A DNA stretch of 39,505 nt from positions 6,731-46,235 of the forward strand of contig JAQVVC010000002.1 in assembly GCA_028699175.1 (NCBI GenBank). The letters run 5' to 3'. A program made the translations under genes and the position numbers. Origin of the DNA: Bacilli bacterium. Its GTDB lineage: Bacteria > Bacillota_I > Bacilli_A > RF39 > UBA660. Numbering within the stretch: the stretch's first letter is position 1; every line of letters begins with the position of its first letter. The notes beneath the pieces are model-generated. The model saw nothing but the letters and a program-made list of their open reading frames with translations, had not been told where the DNA came from and made no database searches. Shown here in pieces: positions 8,983-17,699 of the stretch.

Positions 8983-10743
8983 ATGAAAAAATATAATAAT
9001 GGTGAATTAAGGTTAAAAGATATTAATAAAGAAATCACAGTTTATGGCTGGGTAAATAAAAGAAGAGATATGGGTGGGGTTATTTTTGTTGATTTAAGAG
9101 ATAAAAGTGGAATTCTTCAAATAGTCTTTAATAGAGAATATTTGAAAGATAACTTTGAATTAGCTGAAGATTTAAAAAATGAATATTGTATAGAAGTAAC
9201 TGGTACTTTATCAAAAAGAACTGAAAGTGAAATAAATCCTAATTTAAAAACTGGTGATATAGAATTGATAGCAAGTAATTTAACTATTCTAAGTAAAAGT
9301 GGATCTTTACCTTTTAATATTTATGAAGATAAAGAAATAAATGAACAAATATCTTTAAAATATCGTTATTTAGATTTAAGAAGAGATAAATTAAAAAATA
9401 TTATGATTTTGAGGCATAAAATCAATAAGGCTTTTAGATCATATTTAGATAACAATGATTATATTGATTTTGAAACCCCAATTTTATGTAAAAGCACTCC
9501 AGAAGGAGCTAGAGATTATTTAGTACCTTCAAGAATTAATAAAGGTTCTTTTTATGCTTTGCCTCAAAGTCCCCAAATTTTTAAACAAGTGTTAATGATT
9601 TCTGGCTTTGAAAAATATTATCAAATTGCTAAATGTTTTCGAGACGAAGACTTAAGAGCTGATCGTCAACCTGAATTTACGCAAGTTGATATTGAAATGA
9701 GTTTTGTTAATCAAGAAGACATATTATCTATGTCTGAAGAATTAATTAAATATGTGGTCAAACAAAGTATTAATAAGGATATTACTTATAAATTTCCAAG
9801 ATTAACTTATCGCGAAGCTATGAATAAATATGGTTGTGATAAACCGGATACAAGATTTGGTTTAGAATTACAAGATTTAACTGAAATATTAAAAAACACT
9901 TCAATGAATGTCTTTGCTAATGCTATTAATAATGGCGGTATTGCTAAAGGATTAGTTGTTAAAGAAAATAAATATTCTCGTAATGAAATAGATCGTTTAA
10001 CTGAATTTGTCAAAATATATGGTGCTAAAGGTTTAGCTTGGTTAAAATATGATAATAATGAATTTACGGGCGTAATAGCTAAAAATTTAGAAATTGAAAT
10101 TCAAGATACTATTAAAAAAGAATTAATGGTTGAAAATGGTGATTTAGTATTAATAGTTTGTGGTATACCTAAAATAGTATTTGCATCTTTAGCAGCATTA
10201 AGACTAAAAATTGCTAATGATTTCAACTTAATTGATAAATCAAAATTAAATTTTATGTTTATTACAGATTTTCCAATGTTCGAATATTCAGAAACCGAAA
10301 AAAGATATATGGCAACTCATCATCCCTTTACAAAGCCTGAATCAATTGAAAAATTAAACAAACCTGAAGAATGTTTATCAGTAGCATATGATATCGTATT
10401 AAATGGCTATGAAATTGGTGGGGGTTCGATTAGAATCCATAATCAAAAAATGCAACATGAGGTATTTAAAGCTTTAGGGATTAGTGAAATAGATGCTAAA
10501 GAAAAATTCGGTTTTTTCTTAGAAGCTTTAAAATATGGGACACCTCCTCATGGAGGTATAGCATTTGGATTAGATCGTATAGTTATGCTTTTATCTGGAA
10601 CTGACAATATAAAAGATGTAATCGCTTTTCCTAAAACGCAAACAGCTGCTGATTTAATGTGTGAAGCACCTTCAGATGTCGATGCTATGCAATTAAAAGA
10701 TTTAGGAATTAATATTATAAAGGATGGTAAAAATGAATCATAA
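8983..10743 (+). CDS. aspS: Aspartate--tRNA ligase, probably non-discriminating given the coupled gatCAB
   Basis: 586 aa with FYALPQSPQ, QIAKCFRDEDLRADRQPEFTQVDIEMSF, GGGSIRIH and GIAFGLDR. Confidence 0.95.
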   Translation: MKKYNNGELRLKDINKEITVYGWVNKRRDMGGVIFVDLRDKSGILQIVFNREYLKDNFELAEDLKNEYCIEVTGTLSKRTESEINPNLKTGDIELIASNLTILSKSGSLPFNIYEDKEINEQISLKYRYLDLRRDKLKNIMILRHKINKAFRSYLDNNDYIDFETPILCKSTPEGARDYLVPSRINKGSFYALPQSPQIFKQVLMISGFEKYYQIAKCFRDEDLRADRQPEFTQVDIEMSFVNQEDILSMSEELIKYVVKQSINKDITYKFPRLTYREAMNKYGCDKPDTRFGLELQDLTEILKNTSMNVFANAINNGGIAKGLVVKENKYSRNEIDRLTEFVKIYGAKGLAWLKYDNNEFTGVIAKNLEIEIQDTIKKELMVENGDLVLIVCGIPKIVFASLAALRLKIANDFNLIDKSKLNFMFITDFPMFEYSETEKRYMATHHPFTKPESIEKLNKPEECLSVAYDIVLNGYEIGGGSIRIHNQKMQHEVFKALGISEIDAKEKFGFFLEALKYGTPPHGGIAFGLDRIVMLLSGTDNIKDVIAFPKTQTAADLMCEAPSDVDAMQLKDLGINIIKDGKNES

Positions 10744-11035
10744 ATTTACAAATGAAGAAGTAATAAATTTAGCAGATAAATTATTAATTGGTATTAGTGA
10801 AGAAGAAGTAAAAGATATTGTCGAAGAACTGACTTTTGTGGCTGATAGCATGAATGTAATATCGGAAATAAAAGAAATAGATGGTTTGGAGCCTTTAACT
10901 CATCCTTTTAATTTATATGAAACATCTTTAAGAGAAGATGATGATTATGAAGAAGGTCATGATATAGAAGACTTATTATCTAATGCCGATTTCACTCAAG
11001 GAAGAGAAATAGAAGTACCTAAGGTGGTGGGATAA
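10733..11035 (+). CDS. gatC: Asp/Glu-tRNA amidotransferase subunit C
   Basis: About 100 aa, acidic, directly upstream of gatA. AGGA SD 8 nt before ATG 10733 (the track's ATG 10724 lies inside the SD). Overlaps the aspS stop (10741-10743). Confidence 0.88.
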   Translation: MNHKFTNEEVINLADKLLIGISEEEVKDIVEELTFVADSMNVISEIKEIDGLEPLTHPFNLYETSLREDDDYEEGHDIEDLLSNADFTQGREIEVPKVVG

Positions 11036-12459
11036 TGATTAAAAAATTAAATAATAAAATAAAAAATAAAGAAATTAGTAGTGATGATTTAGTAAAAGAA
11101 GCTATAACTAAAGCTGAAAAATCACAAAAGAAATTAAATGCTTTTGTTACTATTATTAAGGATGCTAAAGAAGTAAAAAGTAATAATTTACTTTCAGGAA
11201 TACCAGTTGCAATTAAAGATAATTTTTCTACTAAAGATATATTATCAACCGGTTCTTCAAACACATTAAAAGATTATATTCCCTATTTTGATGCTACTGC
11301 AATCAAAAAAATAAAAGCAGCTGGAGCTGTTATAATAGGAAAAACAGCATTAGATGAATTAGGTATGGGAGGAACAGGTTTAATGGCTGCAACAGGTCCT
11401 GTTAAAAATCCTTGGAATATAAATAAAATCACAGGAGGTTCATCTTCTGGTTCAGCTGCAGCTGTTGCAGCTGGGATTGTTCCTTATGCTTTAGGAACTG
11501 ATACTGGTGATTCAATTAGGATTCCTGCGGCTCACTGTGGAATAGTAGGTTATAAACCCACTTATGGAATGGTGTCTAGATTTGGGGTTTTTGCTTTTGC
11601 TTCCTCTTTAGATACTGTTGGAGTACTTTGTACAAGTGTTGAAGATGCAGCTATTGTTATTGATCAAATAAAAGGCAAAGATGAATATGATATGACTTCA
11701 TGGAATAGTGAAAATATTAATTTATTAGCTTCTTTAGATGGCAATGTTAAAAACAAAAAATTATTTTATATTAAAGAAATATGTGATATTAATAATTATG
11801 AAGAAAAAACAAATGAATTAATAAAGACTTTAGAAGAATTTAATAAAACAATTGAAAAATGTCAAGAATTAGGAATAAAAGTTGAAGAAGTTAGCTTTGA
11901 TCAAAAATTATTAGATTCTATATATCCTACATATCTTACTATTACATCAGCTGAAGCAACTAGTAATATGTCTAATTTAACTGGTATTATATTTGGTCCA
12001 AGAGGTAAAGGTAATACGATTGACGAAATGATGAAAGATCATCGTACTAGAGGTTTTTCTTCTTTAATAAAAAGGAGATTTGTCATTGGATCATATGTAT
12101 TACAAAAAGAAAATCAAGAAAGGTATTTATTTGCATCAGCTAAAATTCGTCATTTAATCGTTAATAAAATGAATGAACTATTTAATGAATTTGATGGCTT
12201 AATTTTACCTGCCAGTAGTGAGCCTGCTTCAAATATTAATGGTGATAGAAGTGCTCATTTAAGAACCGAACAATATTTAGCAATTGGTAATTTTGGTGGC
12301 TATCCATCGATTACCATTCCATCAGGTTTTGTAAACGATATGCCTATTGGAATTAATATTACAGGTAAAATTAAAGACGATGCCAATATACTTAATATTG
12401 CTTATGCTCTTGAAAAGAAATTAGGATATAAAAATCAAACAGCTAAGGGGTGGGAATAA
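11035..12459 (+). CDS. gatA: Asp/Glu-tRNA amidotransferase subunit A
   Basis: 474 aa with the amidase signature GGSSSGSAAAVAAG...GTDTGDSIRIPAA. TAATG overlap with gatC. Confidence 0.95.
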   Translation: MIKKLNNKIKNKEISSDDLVKEAITKAEKSQKKLNAFVTIIKDAKEVKSNNLLSGIPVAIKDNFSTKDILSTGSSNTLKDYIPYFDATAIKKIKAAGAVIIGKTALDELGMGGTGLMAATGPVKNPWNINKITGGSSSGSAAAVAAGIVPYALGTDTGDSIRIPAAHCGIVGYKPTYGMVSRFGVFAFASSLDTVGVLCTSVEDAAIVIDQIKGKDEYDMTSWNSENINLLASLDGNVKNKKLFYIKEICDINNYEEKTNELIKTLEEFNKTIEKCQELGIKVEEVSFDQKLLDSIYPTYLTITSAEATSNMSNLTGIIFGPRGKGNTIDEMMKDHRTRGFSSLIKRRFVIGSYVLQKENQERYLFASAKIRHLIVNKMNELFNEFDGLILPASSEPASNINGDRSAHLRTEQYLAIGNFGGYPSITIPSGFVNDMPIGINITGKIKDDANILNIAYALEKKLGYKNQTAKGWE

Positions 12460-13886
12460 TGGCTTTAAAAGTAGTAATCGGCTTAGAAATGCATTGTGAA
12501 CTAAATACTAAAACCAAAGTATTTTCTAAATCATTAAATAACTATAATGATATTCCTAATTCTTCAGTAACGGCTATTGATTTAGCTTTTCCAGGAACAC
12601 TTCCAATTGTAAATAAAGAAGCTGTTAAAAAAGCTATCAAGATGGCTTTATGTTTAAACTGTAAAATACCTGAAGAATTAATATTTGATCGTAAAAATTA
12701 TTACTACCCTGATGTACCTAAAAATTACCAAATTACTCAAAATACTAAACCAATTGGTTTAAATGGTAAAATTAATGTTGAAGTAAATAATGAATTAGTG
12801 CCCATTACTATTCATGATATTCATTTAGAAGAAGATACAGCATCTCTTGATCATTATTTTGATTATTCATTAATTGATTATAATCGTAGTGGGGTACCAC
12901 TTCTAGAAATTGTAACTGATCCCTGCATTTATTCACCAGAAGCTGCAGTAGCTTTTTTAGAACATTTACGAAATATTTATAAGTATACAGATTGTTCTGA
13001 AGCTGATACTAAAAAAGGCCAAATTAGATGTGATGTAAATGTTTCATTAAAAGAAGAAAATGCTACTGAATTAGGTACTAAAGTTGAAGTTAAAAATGTT
13101 AATTCCTTTAGTAATGTCTATGCTGCCATTCTTTATGAAATTAAAAGACAAACTGAGCTTATTGAAGCTGGCAAAAATAATGAAATAATTCAAGAAACTA
13201 GAAGATGGGATGAAGAATCTGGAGCTACTATTAGAATGAGAGAAAAAGTAGAGAGTATTGACTATAAATATTATGTTGATCCTAATATTCCTAAAATTAA
13301 GATTGAAAAAGAATGGATTGAAGAAATTAAATCCGAAATACCATTATTACCACTTGAAAGAAAAACTAAATACATTGAAGATTATAATTTATCATCATAT
13401 GATGCTGGAGTATTAGTCAAAACTAAAGAAGTTAGTGACTATTTTGAAGAATGTTTAGAATTAGGAATGAATCCTAAAGAAGCTTCAAATTGGATTACAA
13501 GTCAAATTATGGGATATATTAATAAATATGATATAGAAATAACGGATATATTTTTAACTCCAAAAAGACTTTTAAAAATTATAAATTTTTTAAATAATAA
13601 TACTATAAGTTCTAAGCAAGCTAAAGAATTATTCTTTCTAGTACTCGAAGAAAAAGAAGAACCAGAAGTATTAATTAAAAAATATGGTATAGAGCAAATT
13701 GTTAATAATGAAGAATTATTAGCTATTATTCAAAATATCGTCGATAATAATCAAAGCCAAATTGAAGAATATAAAGCCGGTAAAACAAAAGTATTTGATT
13801 ATTTTATCGGAATGATTATGAAAGAAACGAAAGGAAAAGCTAACCCAGTTAAAGTAAAGGAAATATTACTATCTAAATTAAAATAA
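12459..13886 (+). CDS. gatB: Asp/Glu-tRNA amidotransferase subunit B
   Basis: N-terminus ALKVVIGLEMHCELNT, NRSGVPLLEIVT, C-terminal YqeY/GatB tail. ATG 12459 forms a TAATG overlap with the gatA stop (track start GTG 12450). Confidence 0.95.
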   Translation: MALKVVIGLEMHCELNTKTKVFSKSLNNYNDIPNSSVTAIDLAFPGTLPIVNKEAVKKAIKMALCLNCKIPEELIFDRKNYYYPDVPKNYQITQNTKPIGLNGKINVEVNNELVPITIHDIHLEEDTASLDHYFDYSLIDYNRSGVPLLEIVTDPCIYSPEAAVAFLEHLRNIYKYTDCSEADTKKGQIRCDVNVSLKEENATELGTKVEVKNVNSFSNVYAAILYEIKRQTELIEAGKNNEIIQETRRWDEESGATIRMREKVESIDYKYYVDPNIPKIKIEKEWIEEIKSEIPLLPLERKTKYIEDYNLSSYDAGVLVKTKEVSDYFEECLELGMNPKEASNWITSQIMGYINKYDIEITDIFLTPKRLLKIINFLNNNTISSKQAKELFFLVLEEKEEPEVLIKKYGIEQIVNNEELLAIIQNIVDNNQSQIEEYKAGKTKVFDYFIGMIMKETKGKANPVKVKEILLSKLK

Positions 13887-13942
13887 ATAATAAATATAGA
13901 ATATGATATAATAACAATAACAATAATAATAGTGAGGTAAGT

Positions 13943-14767
13943 ATGATTGAAACTGGTAATCAATTAAAAGGATATATTCAAAGAGAAACTAATAAATATA
14001 AAATAAATTCAAATTATGGATATAATTATTTTTTTACAAGAGCGTTTATAGAAAAAATTTATCATAATATTAGTATGAAACTAGTTCTAAAAGGTAGTTA
14101 TTCTCAATTCATTAGACTAGGAAAAATTGAACGACCTTTAACAGATATTGATATTATAACTTATAATAGAATTGAAGATGCTAAAGAACAAATAGATGAT
14201 ATTATAAATAATAATGATAATAGTAATATAAAATTTAAAATATTAAATCAATTCACTACTACTAATGCGACATTAAATTATAAGATTTTATGTGATTTTG
14301 ATGGTAAAACGGGAAGGATATCTCTTGATCTAAAAAGGGAAGAAATTTTAGATTATTCACCTGCACCAATGCCTTTACTTTTTACTAAAGATAAAACTTT
14401 TATTACTCAATCTATTTCAATTGAAGAACATTTAGCTAGTAAATTATATATTGTATTACTTCATATGAAATTATATACTGTACTATCTAGAAATTTTAGG
14501 AGATTAAAAGATTTTTTTGATATCCATACTATCCTAGGAAGCGGTAATATTGATGAACATAAAGTTTTCGAAATTTTAGAGAAAAGAATTAAAGAAGATG
14601 AATTCTTAAGAGATTATGAATTACAAGGTCCATTATTTAAACAAAGTTTTATTGAAGATAATAAAAATAATTGGGAAATAGATAAAAAAAAGTATCAATT
14701 TTTAACTCCTACTACTTTTAATGATGCAGTAGAGGTAACAAATGATTTTATTAAGAAAAAAAGATAA
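13943..14767 (+). CDS. AbiEii/AbiGii-like (DUF1814) nucleotidyltransferase-fold protein, with no cognate AbiEi antitoxin gene
   Basis: 274 aa. The N-terminal helix region is followed by LVLKGSYSQFIRLGKIERPLTDIDII (14087-14158), i.e. the hG[GS]-x(n)-D-h-D NTase motif as in AbiEii (LKGG...R-x-T-x-DiD). C-terminal RRLKDFFDIHTIL resembles the AbiEii R-x-kDfyDi motif. Own GTGAGG SD and an extended -10-like TGATATAAT upstream. Confidence 0.65.
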   Translation: MIETGNQLKGYIQRETNKYKINSNYGYNYFFTRAFIEKIYHNISMKLVLKGSYSQFIRLGKIERPLTDIDIITYNRIEDAKEQIDDIINNNDNSNIKFKILNQFTTTNATLNYKILCDFDGKTGRISLDLKREEILDYSPAPMPLLFTKDKTFITQSISIEEHLASKLYIVLLHMKLYTVLSRNFRRLKDFFDIHTILGSGNIDEHKVFEILEKRIKEDEFLRDYELQGPLFKQSFIEDNKNNWEIDKKKYQFLTPTTFNDAVEVTNDFIKKKR

Positions 14768-14770
14768 TAA

Positions 14771-14800
14771 TAGTTAGATTTTCTAACTATTTTTGTTCTT
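14771..14800 (+). terminator. Weak AT-rich hairpin plus T-run between the NTase and ATPase genes
   Basis: TAGTTAGA (14771-14778) pairs with TCTAACTA (14782-14789), then TTTTTGTTCTTTT. Only 2 G:C pairs, so it is probably leaky. Confidence 0.4.
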
Positions 14801-14854
14801 TTATTTTATATTTATATATGTTATACTTATTTATAATAAAGAGGTTGGTTAATT

Positions 14855-16609
14855 ATGTTTGGAAAAATTAAATATATTAGTGACAATAATGCGGTAGTTT
14901 ATATTAATAAAGAAGGACAAATAATTGCAAACTTGATGAATTTACATATTGTTTTTGAAAGTGGTAATGATAAATTATTAGGAGAAGTAAAAAACATTGA
15001 TGAAGATACAGTTAGAATTGAATTACTTGGTGAATTTGCTGGTGATAGGTTTATTGCCGGCACGATTAAAAAACCATCTCTTAGTTCTAATTTAAGAGTT
15101 ATTAATGATAATGAATTAGATATTATTATGGGAAAACTTGATATTAAAAGTTTATATATAGGTAAAAGTCCTACTTATGAAAATAGAAGTATATTTGTGG
15201 ATATAAATGATCTATTTTCTAATCATTTAGCTATATTTGGTAACTCTGGTTCAGGTAAATCATGTTCGGTTTCAAGAATTATTCAAAATATCTTTTTAAA
15301 TAAAAATTTTTTATCTTATAATGCTAATATATTTATTTTTGATGCTTATGGAGAATATAAAACTGCTTTTAGAGTAATAAATGAATTTAATGAAAATTAT
15401 CAATATAAATTTTTAACTACTAATCCAACTGAGGATACTGATATGTTATTACAAATCCCAATTTATTTATTAACTAATGATGATGTAGCTTTATTATTAT
15501 CAGCTGAAAATCATTCACAATTAACAATTATTGATCGAATGATGAAATTAGCTAAAATGTTCAGTAAAAATGATCAAAAAACAGAAGGATTAAAAAACCA
15601 TTTAATTGCAAAAGCTATTCAAGCGGTATTATTTAGTAATTTAAATGCTAGCGGAAAGAAGAATGATATCTTTACTATTATAGCTTCTTGTTCAACAAAT
15701 GCATTCAATATGAATGCGGAATTAGCAGGTATTGGATATACAAGAAGATTTTCAGAATGTTTTAAAATTGATTCTAAGGGTGAATTTGGAGAATCAGTAC
15801 TTATTAATGAATATATCGCAAAACATTTAAATGATGATTTAGAAGGAACTATGAGTGTTCCTAGTGATGCTTTCTTTACCTTATTAGATTTAGAAAAAGC
15901 ATTAAATTTCACATTAATTGGCGAAGGGTTTTTAAATAATAATATAATGCAAGATTCATCTATTATTCTTAAAGTAAGATTAAATTCATTAATAAATAGT
16001 AAAAATAGAAGATATTTTGATGTTAAACAATATATTAATTTAGATACTTATATTTCAAGTTTAATTGTTATGAATAATAAAAGAAGTCAAATAATTAATA
16101 TTAATTTAGAAGATATAGATGATATTTTAGCTAAAGTAATAGTAAAAGTTATAAGTAAAATGATTTTTGATTTTTCTAAAACAAGAAAAGTACGAGCTTC
16201 CATTCCTTTTCATTTAATTATTGAAGAAGCCCATCGATATGTAGTCCATGATAATGATCAATTTTTACTTGGTTATAATATATTTGAGCGGATTGCTAAA
16301 GAAGGAAGAAAATATGGGGTATTAATAGATTTAATAAGTCAAAGACCTGGAGATATCAGTGAAACTGTTGTAGCTCAAATGAGTAATTTCTTAGTTCATA
16401 AAATGACTCATCCTAAAGATATTGAATATGTCGAAAAAATGTTGCCTAATATATCATCAGATATTATTGAAAAGTTAAACTCTCTTCAAGCAGGTACTTT
16501 AGTATCGTTTGGTGGGGCATTTAAAATCCCATTATTAATTAAAATGGATTTACCTAATCCAATGCCATATTCTAGTAACTGTGATGTATTACAAAGATGG
16601 CAAGGATAA
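14855..16609 (+). CDS. HerA/FtsK-superfamily (DUF87-type) P-loop ATPase
   Basis: 584 aa. N-terminal HAS-barrel-like region (GKIKYISDNNAVVYI...LLGEVKNIDEDTVRIELLGEF). Walker A GNSGSGKS (15239-15262). Walker B HLIIEEAHRY (16211-16240). KEGRKYGVLIDLISQRPGDISETVVAQMSNFLVHKM with QRP at 16340-16348, typical of HerA-like helicase/translocase ATPases. Confidence 0.8.
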   Translation: MFGKIKYISDNNAVVYINKEGQIIANLMNLHIVFESGNDKLLGEVKNIDEDTVRIELLGEFAGDRFIAGTIKKPSLSSNLRVINDNELDIIMGKLDIKSLYIGKSPTYENRSIFVDINDLFSNHLAIFGNSGSGKSCSVSRIIQNIFLNKNFLSYNANIFIFDAYGEYKTAFRVINEFNENYQYKFLTTNPTEDTDMLLQIPIYLLTNDDVALLLSAENHSQLTIIDRMMKLAKMFSKNDQKTEGLKNHLIAKAIQAVLFSNLNASGKKNDIFTIIASCSTNAFNMNAELAGIGYTRRFSECFKIDSKGEFGESVLINEYIAKHLNDDLEGTMSVPSDAFFTLLDLEKALNFTLIGEGFLNNNIMQDSSIILKVRLNSLINSKNRRYFDVKQYINLDTYISSLIVMNNKRSQIININLEDIDDILAKVIVKVISKMIFDFSKTRKVRASIPFHLIIEEAHRYVVHDNDQFLLGYNIFERIAKEGRKYGVLIDLISQRPGDISETVVAQMSNFLVHKMTHPKDIEYVEKMLPNISSDIIEKLNSLQAGTLVSFGGAFKIPLLIKMDLPNPMPYSSNCDVLQRWQG

Positions 16610-16623
16610 TAAAAATATATAAA

Positions 16624-16667
16624 AAAGAAAGAATAATAAATTAGAGGTATTATTCTTTCTTTTTTTG
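16624..16667 (+). terminator. Intrinsic terminator after the HerA-like gene
   Basis: 15-bp stem AAAGAAAGAATAATA (16624-16638) paired with TATTATTCTTTCTTT (16648-16662), followed by a T-run. Confidence 0.75.
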
Positions 16668-16692
16668 GTTATTATAATAGCAAGGTGATATT

Positions 16693-17463
16693 ATGGATTT
16701 TCAAAATAAAGTAGTACTAATTACAGGAGCTACTGGCGGAATAGGGTTTGAAGCTGCAAAAGAATTTGCTAGTAGAGGAGCAAAATTAAGTTTAGTTGAT
16801 CTTACTAAGAATAATTTAGATAAATTAAAAAAGACATTAAAACTTAATAATGATAAAGTTTTATTAGTTACTGCTGATGTTAGTGATGAAAAACAAGTAA
16901 AAGAATATGTTTCTAAAACAATTGATAAATTTGGAACAATAGATATCTTTTTAAATAATGCTGGCGTAGAAGGAGAAGTAGCTTCAATTATCGAAACTCA
17001 AAAAGAAGATTTAGATTATGTTTTAGATGTCAATGTAAAAGGAGCTTATTATGGCCTTAAATATGTTTTACCTGTTATGTATGAGAATAAGAAAGGAAGC
17101 ATAATAAATACTAGTTCAATAGCAGGATTTATAGGTAGTCTTGGAATGGCTCCTTATGTTGCATCTAAACATGCTTTATTAGGTATTAATAAATCAGCTG
17201 CACTAGAATCAGCGCCTTATAATGTTAGAGTAAATGCTATATGTCCTGGCCCAGTAAATAATAATATGATGAGAAACATCGAAATAAAAGTAGCACCTGG
17301 TGCTCCAGATGCAGTAAGAGATAATTTTATTAAAGACATTCCCTTTGGAAAATATGCTCGTAATATTGATATCGTAAATATGATTCTATTTTTAGCATCC
17401 GATTTATCTACATACATAACCGGCAATGAATATCGAATTGACGGCGGAATGGCTGCTAAATAA
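16693..17463 (+). CDS. Short-chain dehydrogenase/reductase (SDR) family oxidoreductase
   Basis: 256 aa with TGATGGIG, NNAGV, S-x(n)-YVASKHAL and PGPV. Substrate cannot be determined. Confidence 0.9.
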   Translation: MDFQNKVVLITGATGGIGFEAAKEFASRGAKLSLVDLTKNNLDKLKKTLKLNNDKVLLVTADVSDEKQVKEYVSKTIDKFGTIDIFLNNAGVEGEVASIIETQKEDLDYVLDVNVKGAYYGLKYVLPVMYENKKGSIINTSSIAGFIGSLGMAPYVASKHALLGINKSAALESAPYNVRVNAICPGPVNNNMMRNIEIKVAPGAPDAVRDNFIKDIPFGKYARNIDIVNMILFLASDLSTYITGNEYRIDGGMAAK

Positions 17464-17506
17464 TATGTATAAATTATCACTTCTTCTTTTATTTTTTATA
17501 ATTTAA

Positions 17507-17515
17507 TGTTATAAT
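17507..17515 (+). promoter_or_regulatory. Extended -10 promoter element for the structured RNA
   Basis: TGTTATAAT (TGnTATAAT) at 17507-17515. The predicted TSS near 17522 coincides with the 5' arm of the RNA closing stem. Confidence 0.45.
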
Positions 17516-17521
17516 ATAATT

Positions 17522-17688
17522 ACCTAGAGGATGGCTAAAATAAAACCTAGATATGGTGATAATTGGGAATCTAATTAGGAGATTGTGTTGAAGACTAATT
17601 TTAAATTAGGATCCTAAAGTCTTTTATGTGATGCCCACCTGCAATAGAGTAGGTTTAATCACTTGGCTTCCTTTAGGCATTTTTTTTT
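17522..17688 (+). ncRNA. Structured ~165-nt RNA, candidate 6S RNA (ssrS/bsrA-like); alternatively a cis-leader of tcdA
   Basis: Closing stem CCTAGAGGA (17523-17531) pairs with TCCTTTAGG (17669-17677). Second helix AAACCTA (17543-17549) pairs with TAGGTTT (17650-17656). GGTG/CACC (17555-17558/17636-17639). Internal hairpins AATC..GATT and AAGACT..AGTCTT. T8 tract at 17680-17688. By my recollection it occupies the position bsrA holds in B. subtilis (aspS-bsrA-yrvM). Confidence 0.45.
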
Positions 17689-17699
17689 AAGAGGTTTTT

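Noticed and set aside
9807-10013. 68-aa minus-strand ORF inside aspS. Similar antisense shadow ORFs: 11019-11264, 15619-15912, 17217-17480, 19509-19730, 22223-22477, 31364-31561, 34325-34585, 37037-37264, 37482-37721, 38114-38377
   Set aside because: Each lies (almost) entirely within a well-supported gene on the opposite strand. They are Ile/Leu/Phe/Lys-rich translations typical of antisense frames in very AT-rich DNA, and none has a credible ribosome-binding site.
10423-10438. GGTTCGATTAGAATCC, resembling a tRNA T-arm
   Set aside because: It encodes the conserved GGGSIRIH motif of AspRS. No acceptor or anticodon stems can be drawn around it.
13887-13942. Search for an AbiEi-type antitoxin or small ORF upstream of the AbiEii-like gene
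   Set aside because: Only 56 nt separate it from the gatB stop. That space holds a -10-like box and an SD, with no ORF.
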